Assembly (NCBI GenBank): GCA_963851265.1
Contig: CAWKNZ010000008.1
Span: 224,001 to 288,000 of the forward strand
Direction: 5' to 3'
Source: an uncultured Gemmatimonadales bacterium
Lineage (GTDB): Bacteria; Gemmatimonadota; Gemmatimonadetes; Gemmatimonadales; Gemmatimonadaceae
DNA: 64,000 nucleotides
In this document: piece by piece, positions 9,977 through 19,147 of the stretch
How positions within the stretch are numbered: the first letter of the stretch is position 1
How the letters are laid out: every line of letters begins with the position of its first letter
The notes under the pieces: generated by a model
Database searches by the model: none
What the model saw: only the letters and a program-made list of their open reading frames with translations
Told to the model about the DNA's origin: nothing
Made by a program: the position numbers and the translations under genes

Positions 9977-10680
9977 GCCGGCCCCCGCGGGTCGCCCCGC
10001 GCGAGCTCGAGCCGGTAGCCCACGCCGCGGACGGTGGCGAGGACCGCGGACTCGCCCGGCGCTTCGAGCTTGCGGCGCAGCCGCGCGACGTAGACGTCGA
10101 CGACGTTGCTGAGCGGGTCGTGGTTGTCGTCCCAGGCGTGCGTGCTGATCTGCTCGCGCGTGACCACGCGCCCCGCCTGGCGCATCAGGTATTCGAGCAC
10201 CGCGTACTCCTTCCCGGTGAGCACGATCTCGCGCGCCTCCCCGTGCGGCCCCCGCCGCGCGCGCCGCGTGCCGGTGTCGAGGGCGAGGTCGCCCACCGCG
10301 AGCACCGCGGGCACCGCGTCGGCCGGCCGGCGGAGCAGCGCCCGCACGCGCGCGACGAGCTCGGCGAGCGCGTAGGGCTTCACGAGGTAGTCGTCGGCGC
10401 CCAGTTCGAGTCCGGTCACGCGGTCCTCGACCGCGTCGCGCGCGGTGGCCATGAGGATGCGCGTGTGGTCCCCGCGGGCGCGCAGGCGGCGGCACACCTC
10501 GGTGCCGTCGAGGTCGGGAAGGCGCAGATCGAGCACCACCGCGTCGTAGGGCGTGAGCGTGGCCGCGCGCAGCGCCCCGTGCCCGTCGCCGACGACGTCG
10601 ACCGAGAAATCCGCGCGCCGCAGGTACGCGGCCGCCGCCGCGGCGAGTTCGGGGTCGTCTTCGACGAGCAGGAGGCGCAT
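9973..10680 (-). CDS. OmpR-family response regulator (CusR/CzcR-like)
   Basis: MRLLLVEDD, DLRLPD, GADDYLVKP, VDVYVARLRRKL, TVRGVGY. Confidence 0.95.
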   Translation of the reverse strand: MRLLLVEDDPELAAAAAAYLRRADFSVDVVGDGHGALRAATLTPYDAVVLDLRLPDLDGTEVCRRLRARGDHTRILMATARDAVEDRVTGLELGADDYLVKPYALAELVARVRALLRRPADAVPAVLAVGDLALDTGTRRARRGPHGEAREIVLTGKEYAVLEYLMRQAGRVVTREQISTHAWDDNHDPLSNVVDVYVARLRRKLEAPGESAVLATVRGVGYRLELARGDPRGPA

Positions 10681-10888
10681 GGCGAATAAATGGGAGACTG
10701 GCGGCGTCGGCGTGCGTGTCGGTGTGCACGGACCGGGCGCAGGCCGCTCCGCATTCATGATGCGTTCATCCGGGCCCGCTAGGGTCCCCCCCGGTCCAGC
10801 GTGTACCGCCCGATTGCTCCGCGACGCGGCATGGGCGTAAGGGTCCGCCCCGGATCCGGTGTTCCGTCCACGTCCCTCCGACCCGCTC

Positions 10889-11452
10889 ATGCTGCTTCCC
10901 CTCATCGTCCTCGGCGTTCACGCTGCAGCGCCCGCCGCCGACACCGCCGCGCCGCCGGCGCCCGACGTCGTCACCGTCGCGCCCGCCACGACCGCGACGC
11001 CCGACACCGCACGCCGCCCGCGCGCGATCGAGTACAGCGACGCCTACGCGACGCGCCTCGCGATCCACCGCATCGCGAGCTACACGATGCTGCCCCTCTT
11101 CGCGGGCGAGTACTGGCTCGGCGAGCGCCTCCTCAGCCCCAACCCGCAGCCCGGATGGGTCAGGAACGCGCACGTGGGCACGGCGTTCGGGCTCGCGGGG
11201 CTGTTCACGATCAACACCGTGACGGGCGTATGGAACCTGTACGACTCGCGCCACGACACGAGCGACCGCACGCGCAAGTACCTGCACACCGCGCTCCTCC
11301 TCGCGTCCGACGCGGGCTTCGCCTACACGGGCTCGATCGCCGGCCAGGCCCACAACTCGGCGGTCGGCCGCACGCGCCACCGCAACGCGGCGCTCGTCTC
11401 GATGGGGCTCAGCACGGCCGGCACCGCGCTCATGTGGTTCTGGAAGAAGTGA
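10889..11452 (+). CDS. Hypothetical membrane protein with four His-containing helices (possibly cytochrome b561-like)
   Basis: Signal peptide, then IHRIAS, NAHVG, YLHTAL and RHRNA segments each leading into a hydrophobic helix. Confidence 0.65.
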   Translation: MLLPLIVLGVHAAAPAADTAAPPAPDVVTVAPATTATPDTARRPRAIEYSDAYATRLAIHRIASYTMLPLFAGEYWLGERLLSPNPQPGWVRNAHVGTAFGLAGLFTINTVTGVWNLYDSRHDTSDRTRKYLHTALLLASDAGFAYTGSIAGQAHNSAVGRTRHRNAALVSMGLSTAGTALMWFWKK

Positions 11453-11459
11453 GCCGCGC

Positions 11460-12038
11460 GTGCCGCCCCTGACCCCGATGCTCGCCGCCGTGCTGCTCAA
11501 GCCCGACGCCCCGGCCCCCGCCGTCGTCGAAACGCTCGCCCGCCTCTGCGCGCCCTGGCAGTCACTCTACAGCGACTCGAAGGTGCTCTCGACCGCCGTG
11601 GTCACCGTGCACATCGTCGCGCTGCTGTTCGGCGGCGGGCTGGCCATCGCGGCCGACCGCGCGACGCTGCGCCTGGCGCGCGGCCGCAGCGCGCCCGACG
11701 CGGCCGCCGAGGAGCGGCGACTGCTCGCCGACCTCGGCGCGGTGCACCGGCCGGTGCTGGTCGCGCTCGCGTTGCTGTTCGTGAGCGGCATCCTGCTCGC
11801 CACGGCCGACGTGAAGACGTACGCGCTCTCGTGGGTGTTCTGGCTCAAGATCGGGCTCGTCGCCCTGCTGCTCGTGAACGGCGTCGTGCTCGAGCGCGCC
11901 GAGCGCGTGCTGCACCGCGGCGGCGCCGAGTCCGCGACCGGCCCCTACTGGGGCCGCCTGCGCGCCGCCTCATGGGCGAGCCTCGCGCTCTGGACGGCGA
12001 CCACCGTGGTTGGCGTCGCCCTCACCAACGCTGCCTAA
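11460..12038 (+). CDS. Four-TM membrane protein (DUF6644/CopD-like fold suspected)
   Basis: TVHIVALLFGGGLA, LFVSGILL, FWLKIGLVALLLVNG, SLALW. Confidence 0.7.
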   Translation: MPPLTPMLAAVLLKPDAPAPAVVETLARLCAPWQSLYSDSKVLSTAVVTVHIVALLFGGGLAIAADRATLRLARGRSAPDAAAEERRLLADLGAVHRPVLVALALLFVSGILLATADVKTYALSWVFWLKIGLVALLLVNGVVLERAERVLHRGGAESATGPYWGRLRAASWASLALWTATTVVGVALTNAA

Positions 12039-12051
12039 CACTCGCATCGCC

Positions 12052-12585
12052 ATGTCACACTCCACCGACCGCCCCGCCGCCGCGTGCGGCGCCTGCGAGG
12101 GCGACGCGCCCGTCGACGGCCGCCGCCGCTTCCTCCACGACGCGCTCTGGGGCGCGGCCGCGCTCGTCGCGCTCGGCGCCGCGCGCGAGACCGCCGCGGC
12201 GCTCCCCGCGCGCCTCGCCCGCGCCGCCGCCGTCGCCGGCGACGTGCGCCGCTACCCCGTGCCCGCCGCCGACGGCGTGACCATCGACCGCGACGCGGAG
12301 GTGATCCTCGTCCGCTGGCAGAACGCGGTCTACGCCTTCGCGCTCAGCTGCCCGCACCAGAACACGGCCCTCCGCTGGCTCGACGCGGACCACCGCTTCC
12401 AGTGTCCCAAGCACAAGTCGAAGTACCAGCCCGACGGGGCGTACATCGAGGGGCGCGCGACGCGCAACATGGACCGCTTCAGCATCACGCGCGAGGGCGA
12501 GCAGGTGGCCGTCGACCTCTCCGCCCTGCACAAGAACGACGCCGACGCGGCCGGGTGGGCCGCCGCGGTCGTGCGCCTCGCCTGA
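12052..12585 (+). CDS. Rieske [2Fe-2S] protein with Tat signal
   Basis: GRRRFL; CPHQ...CPKH ligand boxes. Confidence 0.9.
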   Translation: MSHSTDRPAAACGACEGDAPVDGRRRFLHDALWGAAALVALGAARETAAALPARLARAAAVAGDVRRYPVPAADGVTIDRDAEVILVRWQNAVYAFALSCPHQNTALRWLDADHRFQCPKHKSKYQPDGAYIEGRATRNMDRFSITREGEQVAVDLSALHKNDADAAGWAAAVVRLA

Positions 12586-12609
12586 CCCCACGGCCCCGGA
12601 TTCTCCCCC

Positions 12610-13137
12610 ATGTCGCACGACACTGCATTCCCCGGTCACGACTGCGCGGCGCGCTGCCCGCTCGCACAGACCGGCCGCCTTGAGGGCGGCCTCGCCCACG
12701 TGCCCGGCGTCGACCGGCGCACGTTCCTGTCGCAGGCGGTGCTCGCCTCCGCCTACGCCGCGGCGGCCGCCGCGCTCGCCGCGTGCGGCGGCGGGGGCGG
12801 TGACGTCACGGGGCCGACCCCGACGCCGATCAGCTCCAACGCGGTCACGCTCGCCAACTACCCCGCGCTCGCGAGCGTGGGCGGGGTGCAGACCGTCACG
12901 CTCAACGGCACCCCGCTCGCGATCGTCCGCACCGGCACGGCGAGTTACCTCGTGCTCTCGCTGGTGTGCCCGCACCAGCAGACGACCCTGAACGTGACGA
13001 GCACCGGCTTCCACTGCCCCAACCACGGCGCGACGTTCGACAGCACGGGCAACTGGGTCGGCGGCCAGAACACGACCCACATGGCGACGCGCACGAGCAC
13101 GTACGACGCAGCCACGGGCACGCTGACGATCGGCTAG
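12610..13137 (+). CDS. Rieske [2Fe-2S] lipoprotein with Tat signal
   Basis: DRRTFL; LAAC lipobox; CPHQ...CPNHGATF. Confidence 0.9.
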   Translation: MSHDTAFPGHDCAARCPLAQTGRLEGGLAHVPGVDRRTFLSQAVLASAYAAAAAALAACGGGGGDVTGPTPTPISSNAVTLANYPALASVGGVQTVTLNGTPLAIVRTGTASYLVLSLVCPHQQTTLNVTSTGFHCPNHGATFDSTGNWVGGQNTTHMATRTSTYDAATGTLTIG

Positions 13138-13233
13138 AGCAGATCGCGTCCGGGTGTCGCACAGGGGGACCGCCGCCGGACACAGACGCATCTCGCCCTA
13201 GCGATCGACGGACGTCACATCGGCCGGAGACCT

Positions 13234-13287
13234 GCACGCGCCCCCGGGCGAGCGCCACGATGGTGGCGCTCGCCCGGGGGCGCGTGC
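13234..13287. terminator. Perfect 25-bp inverted repeat with a 4-nt loop between convergent genes; likely bidirectional terminator or stabilising hairpin
   Basis: GCACGCGCCCCCGGGCGAGCGCCAC-GATG-GTGGCGCTCGCCCGGGGGCGCGTGC; no U-tract. Confidence 0.65.
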
Positions 13288-13297
13288 CTTCAGCGAC

Positions 13298-14455
13298 TCA
13301 GGCGATCGGGTCGCGACGGCGCCGCGCGGCCGCCCCGACGGCCGCCAGCCCAGCGCCTAACATCACCCACGTCGACGGCTCGGGAACCGTCGCGAGGCTG
13401 CCGAACAGCCCGTGCTGCTCGTCGTCGATCCCGGCCGCGAAGTAGAGGACGTTGGGGTCGCCGCCCTGACCGCCGTTGCCGAACGTGAGGCCCCACAGCC
13501 CGCTGTTCGTGATCGGCACCCCGGCCGCGTCGACCAGCGCACCGAGCGACGCGCCGGTGGCGAAGTCGAACGCGTTGATCCTGCCGTCGCCGAAGTTGCC
13601 GACGAGCAGATCGCCGCCGTAGCCGCCGAACGTCGCCGGCGCGAGCGCGACGCCCCACGGCGAGTCGAGCGCGCCCCCGTTCGACAGTCGGCGCTGCAGC
13701 ACGCCGCCCGTGCTGTACACGTCCACCACGCCGTTGCCGGCGCCGGCGACGTCCTGCCCCGTCACCGGATCCTTGACCGCGTACGTCACGACGATCGCAC
13801 TGCCCACGTGCTGCACGTTGAACGGCGCGTAGCCCGCGGGCAGCCCCGGATCGACGAAGCCCGCGCCCCCGACGTTCGCGAAGTTGCCGTCGAAAACGTC
13901 GACGCGGCCGGTGCCGAAGTTCGCCGCGTACAGGCGCGCGTCCGAGCCGGTCCCCGCGATCGCGAGCCCCGTGTACGACGCGCCACCGGCGAACCCGTTC
14001 ACGCGCGTCACGGCGTTGGTCCCGCTCGCCCCGTTCCACGCCGAGATGGTGCCCGTCGCGCTCGCGAAGATGAACGAGGCGTTGCCGCCCGCGGCGAGCG
14101 CGAAGCTCCCCGTGTTGTTGAACACCTGGCCGGTGGGCACGGCGGGTACGGGACCGCCCGGACCGGGGATCGCGACCACGAGTCCCAACTTGGTGCCGAC
14201 CGAGTTGTAGAGGGTCGAGGTGCCCGTGCCGGCGTTGGACACCCAGAACGGGCCGGTGGGCGACGCGGAGATCCCCCACGGATTCACGAGCTGCGGGTCG
14301 AGCGTGCGGGCGAGCCCCGGGACGTCCGACACGAGGTTGGTCTGCTGGATGGCGCGCTGCGCGGCGGCGGGGCGCCCGGCCACGACCAGCGTGAGGGCGA
14401 GCGCGGTCGCGGCCGCGGGACGGTGGCGGCGGCTCGAAGCGGGGCGACGTGGCAT
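13298..14455 (-). CDS. TIGR03118-family secreted protein with PEP-CTERM sorting signal
   Basis: QTNLVSD, LVNPWGI, LLVGNFGDGRINAF, GLWGLTFGNG; C-terminal VPEPSTW + TM + RRRR. Confidence 0.92.
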   Translation of the reverse strand: MPRRPASSRRHRPAAATALALTLVVAGRPAAAQRAIQQTNLVSDVPGLARTLDPQLVNPWGISASPTGPFWVSNAGTGTSTLYNSVGTKLGLVVAIPGPGGPVPAVPTGQVFNNTGSFALAAGGNASFIFASATGTISAWNGASGTNAVTRVNGFAGGASYTGLAIAGTGSDARLYAANFGTGRVDVFDGNFANVGGAGFVDPGLPAGYAPFNVQHVGSAIVVTYAVKDPVTGQDVAGAGNGVVDVYSTGGVLQRRLSNGGALDSPWGVALAPATFGGYGGDLLVGNFGDGRINAFDFATGASLGALVDAAGVPITNSGLWGLTFGNGGQGGDPNVLYFAAGIDDEQHGLFGSLATVPEPSTWVMLGAGLAAVGAAARRRRDPIA

Positions 14456-14582
14456 GCGTGGGGTGCCGGAAAGTCCGAGAGGAAGTGCGCAGGCCGGATC
14501 GGCATCCGGCCCCGCGACGGCGCGCGATGCGGCCCGTCTTTCCGGGTAGACGGCGCGAGCGCGCCGAGCATTCCCGTCCCGG

Positions 14583-16772
14583 CTATCCGAGGCGCGCGAA
14601 GAGCGCGTACGCCGCGTGCGCCGACGCCGGGCGGGCGGCCGGATCGGCGGCCGCGAGTCGCGCGATGGCCGCCGCCACCGTGTTGGCCGCGACGGCCGGC
14701 GCGGGCGCGCGCGCCACCGAGGCTGGCGCCGTGGCCGTCCCCCCGCCCGTCCCCCCGCCCGGCCCGTCGAGCTTGCGCGCGAAGAACGCGACCGGCGTAT
14801 CGTCGTCGAACGGCGTCTCGCCGGTGAGGCACGCCTGCAGGACGACCCCCGCCGAGTACAGGTCGCTCGCCACCCCCGCGGGCGCGCCGAGAAGGAGTTC
14901 CGGCGCCATGAACGCCGGCGTCCCGATCTGCGCCCCGGCGATGTCGGGCGCGGTCGACCCCGACGCGGACGCCCCGGGCGTGGACGCGCCGGGCGTGGAC
15001 GCCCCGGGCGCGAACGGCGCACGCACGAGCCGCGCGACGCCGAAGTCGGCCACCTTGAGCACGCCGCCCGCGCCCAACAGCAGGTTGGCCGGCTTCAGGT
15101 CGCCGTGCACCACGCCGTGCGCGTGTGCCACCTCGAGCGCCCGGGTGAGCTGCTTGGCCACGCCGAGCACCGCGTCGGGCGGGAGCGCGCCGTGCGCGGC
15201 GAGGAGCGCGGCGAGCGACGCACCCTCCACGTACTCCATCGTCAGGAACGCGGTGTCGCCGTCGCGTCCGAGGTCGTGCAGGCGCACGACGTTGCGATGG
15301 GTCAGCCGGCGCGCGAGTCGCAGCTCGTGCCGGAACCGATCGAGCACGTCCGCGCCCGCGGCCGCGACCTCGGGGCGCAGCACCTTCACCGCGACGGTCT
15401 CGGCGAGCTCGCCGTCGCGCGCGCGCCAGACGACGCCGGTGCCGCCGGTGCCGAGAATCGCGTCGAGCGTGTAGCGCCCGGCGAGCACGGTCCCGGCGCC
15501 GACCACGCCGCCGCTCCCACCCGCGCCCGCGCCCGCGCGCGGCAGGGCGAACGTGCGGACGGTGCGCGCGCCGTCGCGCGGACGCTCGCCGGCGACTCGC
15601 CCCGCGCCCACCCCGGGCGCCGCCAGCACGCGCACCACCTCGAGCGCGGCCCGGTCGAGCGGCGCCCGGTCGCGCAGGTCGGCGAGCAACGCGCCGAACG
15701 CGGCGCCTAACGCGCCGATCTCGTCGCCCGCTCCGCCGCCCGCGTCGCCCCCGCCCACCGCGGCGCCGGTCCGGTAGTCGCCCTCGGTGGCGCGGCGCGC
15801 GGCGTCGGCGAGCGCGCGCACCGGGCGCGCGACGCGGCGCGCGGCGAGCCACGCCGCCGCGAGCGCCAGCACGAGGCCCACGCCCCCGGCGACGAGCAGC
15901 GACCGCTGCACCCCCGCGAGCTCGGCGCGCTCGACGTCGAGCCGCCGGAGCACGACGAAGCCGCCCACCGGCTCGCCGCCGGCCGTGGTGGTCGCCCCGC
16001 CCTGCGCGAGGTAGTCGACGCCGTCGACCGCCACCGGCGCGCGCCGGCGCGGCGCGGGCACGGCGTGCACCGCGAGCCCCGGCGCGGCGACCACGGCGGC
16101 GAGCGCGTGACGCGCCGTGCCGCGCCCGGCGAAGCTGGTCGCCGCCACGTGCGCGACGTCGCGCGCGTCGCGCGTGTAGAACACCACCTCCGCCGCCGTC
16201 GCCGCGCGCACGTCGCGCGCGAGCCGGTCGTCGACGAGCTTGGTCGCGACGAGCGCGCCCACGGGCGCCTCGCCTGGCACGGCGACGGGCACCGCCACCG
16301 CCTGGAACAGCAGCGAGTCGCGCGAGACGCCGAACCCGCTCGCCACCTGCCCGCGCAGGGCGCTCGCCACGAGCGGCCGGCCGCCTAACGTGTCGCCGCT
16401 GGCGCTCGGCTCGTCGCTCTTGGCGAGCAGGCGGCCCGCGCCGTCGGTGATGAACACCCAGTCGGCGCCCAACTGCTCCGCGCCCTCGAACGTCTGGTCG
16501 AGCACGTCGTCCCGATGCTGGGCGGCCACGAGCGCCCGGAAGTACGGCCCCTGGGCGAACACGCGCGCCCCGCCCGCGAGCGCGCGCTCGCGCCCGGCGA
16601 GGAACTGGGCGACGAGGTCGGCCGCCTGCTCGAGTTCGCGCTGGGCCGCCGCGTCGCCGGCGCGGCGGACCGACGTCGACGCCGCGAGCAGCGCGGCCGC
16701 GAGCACCGCGACGACCACGCCGGCGGTGCCGGCGAACACGCGCCCGGCGAGCCCCAGGGGGCGCACGCTCAA
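14583..16772 (-). CDS. Membrane Ser/Thr (Hanks-type) protein kinase with periplasmic Cache-like sensor and HAMP domain
   Basis: TM-sensor-TM-HAMP, then GTGGTG, VAVKVL, HGDLKPAN, DFG, MAPE, SDLYSAG. Confidence 0.88.
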   Translation of the reverse strand: MSVRPLGLAGRVFAGTAGVVVAVLAAALLAASTSVRRAGDAAAQRELEQAADLVAQFLAGRERALAGGARVFAQGPYFRALVAAQHRDDVLDQTFEGAEQLGADWVFITDGAGRLLAKSDEPSASGDTLGGRPLVASALRGQVASGFGVSRDSLLFQAVAVPVAVPGEAPVGALVATKLVDDRLARDVRAATAAEVVFYTRDARDVAHVAATSFAGRGTARHALAAVVAAPGLAVHAVPAPRRRAPVAVDGVDYLAQGGATTTAGGEPVGGFVVLRRLDVERAELAGVQRSLLVAGGVGLVLALAAAWLAARRVARPVRALADAARRATEGDYRTGAAVGGGDAGGGAGDEIGALGAAFGALLADLRDRAPLDRAALEVVRVLAAPGVGAGRVAGERPRDGARTVRTFALPRAGAGAGGSGGVVGAGTVLAGRYTLDAILGTGGTGVVWRARDGELAETVAVKVLRPEVAAAGADVLDRFRHELRLARRLTHRNVVRLHDLGRDGDTAFLTMEYVEGASLAALLAAHGALPPDAVLGVAKQLTRALEVAHAHGVVHGDLKPANLLLGAGGVLKVADFGVARLVRAPFAPGASTPGASTPGASASGSTAPDIAGAQIGTPAFMAPELLLGAPAGVASDLYSAGVVLQACLTGETPFDDDTPVAFFARKLDGPGGGTGGGTATAPASVARAPAPAVAANTVAAAIARLAAADPAARPASAHAAYALFARLG

Positions 16773-17539
16773 TACCGGTCCGCCCGCGTGGCCGCGTAGG
16801 GCAGGCCGAACTTGTTGGGGTGCGCGGTGGCGACGTAGCCGCGCGCGTCGAGCGCGAGCCGCACGTCGTCCGCGCCCCCCCCGCCCACGGTGAGCGGGCG
16901 CGCCGTATCGCCCGCGCGCTCGTGCCAGGCGTGGAGCACGTACGCGCCGGCGGGCACGTCCGCGATGGTGAAGCGCCCGTCGCGCGCGGCCATCGTCGCG
17001 TAGGGCGAGGCCACCGCCACGACGAAGCTCACCATCCGGTGGTGGATGTTGCAGTAGATCGGGTACACGCCCGGGCGCGCGAAGCGCGCGCTCCGGCTCG
17101 CGTGCGAGCGGTAGAGGCCGAGGTCGAACGCGTTGGTCTCGGTGTTGCTGAACACGTTGTGACTGAACGGGTCGTCGTTCGGGAACGCGACCTCCCCGCC
17201 GGCGGCGACGATCCGCACGTGCGGCACGAACTCCCGCCCGCGCATGCTGATCTCGGTCGCGAGCGGCACCGGGTCTGGCGCTGCGTTAGGCGTCGCGTTA
17301 GGCGCCGCGCTCGCGGCGAGCGCGGCGGTGACCGCGACCGGTTCGAGGTAGAGCACCGTCTCGGCGAGGTTCGCCGGCGTCGCGCCGTCGCGTTCGGTGA
17401 CGGTGACCTGGCCGCGGACGTCGTGCCCCGCGCGCGCGGCACCCCGCACCGGACTCGCCAGCGCGCTCGCCACGACCGCGCTCGCCACAACCGCGCTCGC
17501 GACGGCCGCGCCCGCGACGAGTCGCGCGGTCAGTTGCAT
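16769..17539 (-). CDS. Periplasmic cupredoxin-like protein (MauL-like) with a carboxypeptidase-regulatory-like C-terminal domain
   Basis: Signal peptide; FPNDDPFSHNVFS, FDLGLY, YCNIHHRM, GAYVLHAWHER. Confidence 0.8.
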   Translation of the reverse strand: MQLTARLVAGAAVASAVVASAVVASALASPVRGAARAGHDVRGQVTVTERDGATPANLAETVLYLEPVAVTAALAASAAPNATPNAAPDPVPLATEISMRGREFVPHVRIVAAGGEVAFPNDDPFSHNVFSNTETNAFDLGLYRSHASRSARFARPGVYPIYCNIHHRMVSFVVAVASPYATMAARDGRFTIADVPAGAYVLHAWHERAGDTARPLTVGGGGADDVRLALDARGYVATAHPNKFGLPYAATRADRY

Positions 17540-17555
17540 GCCCCCGTCCCCGCGC

Positions 17556-19094
17556 TCACAGCTCGAACCCGAGCGCCAGGTTGACGTGGTCGGCCGCGAA
17601 GGTGCGCCCGCCCGCGTAGCGCGTGCCGAGCCGCCGGTATTCGAGCCCGAGTACGAGGGGCTGCGCCGGACGCCAGCGCAGGTGCGCCGCACAGGTGGCG
17701 TTCCGCTCCCGGTCGGGGCGGTCCTCGGCGCGCGGGTGGTCCACGCCGCAGCCGACACCGCCGGCGAGCGCGCGCGTCGCCTGCACGTTCAGCTGTGCCC
17801 AGCCGGCCACGGTGCGCACCGCCGGCCCGAACGAGCCGGCCGGCGCGCCCGGCACCGGCGACCCGAAGTTCTGCCCGATGCCGCCGCCCCCGAGCCCCGC
17901 GAGTAGCTGCCCGCCGTACGCCTCGCCGCGCAACTCGAACCGGCCGCCGAACGCGATGCGCGCGTCGACCGTCACCGCGTTCGCGGTGAGCAGCCCCGCG
18001 TTGCCCACGCGCAGCCACCCGCGGTGCACGCCCACGCCGACCTCGCTCGGCCCGTCGCCGATGCCGAAGTCCCGGATGTCGGACTGCGGCGGCGCGTCGG
18101 GGTCCTCGGCCCCCCACCGCGCGCGCAGCCGCGCTTCGAGCGACGGTCGCCCCGACCGTTCGGCCGCGTCGCCCCCGGTGCCCGGCGCCGGCGCGTACGG
18201 GTCCGCCCCCGTCGCCGGCGCGAGCGTCGAGTCCGGTGGCGCGTACGAAGTGCCGGCGTACGGCATGAGCACCGCCCCCTGCACCGCGAGCCGCACCGCG
18301 CGGGGGCCGCGGCCCGCGCGCGCCACCTCGCGCGACGCGCGGATTTGCGGCAGCCAGTTCCACAGGTTGCCCGCGGCCCCGAACACGGGCACGCCGATGG
18401 CGGCGAGGCTTCGCGGGTCGAGGTCCGAGACGAGCGGCGTCTCCGCGCCGACCAGCACGAACCCGCTCGGCCACGCCAGCCGCGCGCCCGCGGTGCGCAG
18501 GCGCGGCTCGGGAAAGAGCGGGAGGTCGCCGTTCGCGTTGCGCGAGCCGCCGTAGAAGTCCACGTCGGCGTCGGCGTCGAGCGTGCCGCCTAACACGTCG
18601 CGCACGACGAGCCCCGCGCCGACGCGCGTCTGCCGGACCGAGAGCCCGACGACGCCGGCGGCGCGCGTACGCACCTCGGGCACCGCGAAGCTCGGGACAC
18701 CGCGGTCGTCGGTGGGCCGCGACGTCCACGCGGCGTTGGTCAGCACGCGCGCCGAGACCTCGAACGCGACGCGGGAGCGCGAGCGGACCGCGCTCTCGCT
18801 CTCGCTGCCGAGCTGCTGGCGGAGCAGGGCGATGGCCGCTTCGGCGCGCGCGAGGCGCGCGGCGAGCGAGTCGGGATTCACGCGCGCGGTGTCGCGCCGC
18901 ACGGTGTCGCGCCGTGCGGTGTCACGCGGCGCGACACCGCTGGGCGCTACGCGCCCCGGCACCTGCGCCGCGAGCGGCGCGCCGGTCGCGCACGTGGCGA
19001 CGACGAGCACGCCCCATCCGCCGCAGGACGCACGACGGGCGCGGTGGCGGGCGGCGGGCGAGACGACCCGGCGCGGCGGTCGGAAGAGCGGCAC
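17556..19094 (-). CDS. Outer-membrane beta-barrel/porin (DcaP-like) with N-terminal coiled coil; start uncertain
   Basis: LAARLARAEAAIALLRQQL coiled coil; DVDFYGG, PRLRTA, GNLWNWLPQ; amphipathic C-terminal strand LALGFEL. Confidence 0.7.
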   Translation of the reverse strand: MPLFRPPRRVVSPAARHRARRASCGGWGVLVVATCATGAPLAAQVPGRVAPSGVAPRDTARRDTVRRDTARVNPDSLAARLARAEAAIALLRQQLGSESESAVRSRSRVAFEVSARVLTNAAWTSRPTDDRGVPSFAVPEVRTRAAGVVGLSVRQTRVGAGLVVRDVLGGTLDADADVDFYGGSRNANGDLPLFPEPRLRTAGARLAWPSGFVLVGAETPLVSDLDPRSLAAIGVPVFGAAGNLWNWLPQIRASREVARAGRGPRAVRLAVQGAVLMPYAGTSYAPPDSTLAPATGADPYAPAPGTGGDAAERSGRPSLEARLRARWGAEDPDAPPQSDIRDFGIGDGPSEVGVGVHRGWLRVGNAGLLTANAVTVDARIAFGGRFELRGEAYGGQLLAGLGGGGIGQNFGSPVPGAPAGSFGPAVRTVAGWAQLNVQATRALAGGVGCGVDHPRAEDRPDRERNATCAAHLRWRPAQPLVLGLEYRRLGTRYAGGRTFAADHVNLALGFEL

Positions 19095-19147
19095 GTACGC
19101 GAGAGAGCGCGAGATCGGCGCGCGGCGCCGCGCGATGTGCGTGACGC

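Noticed and set aside
17285..17303. TTAGGC as a telomeric repeat or eukaryotic contamination
   Set aside because: Copies are dispersed inside intact bacterial genes rather than in tandem arrays.
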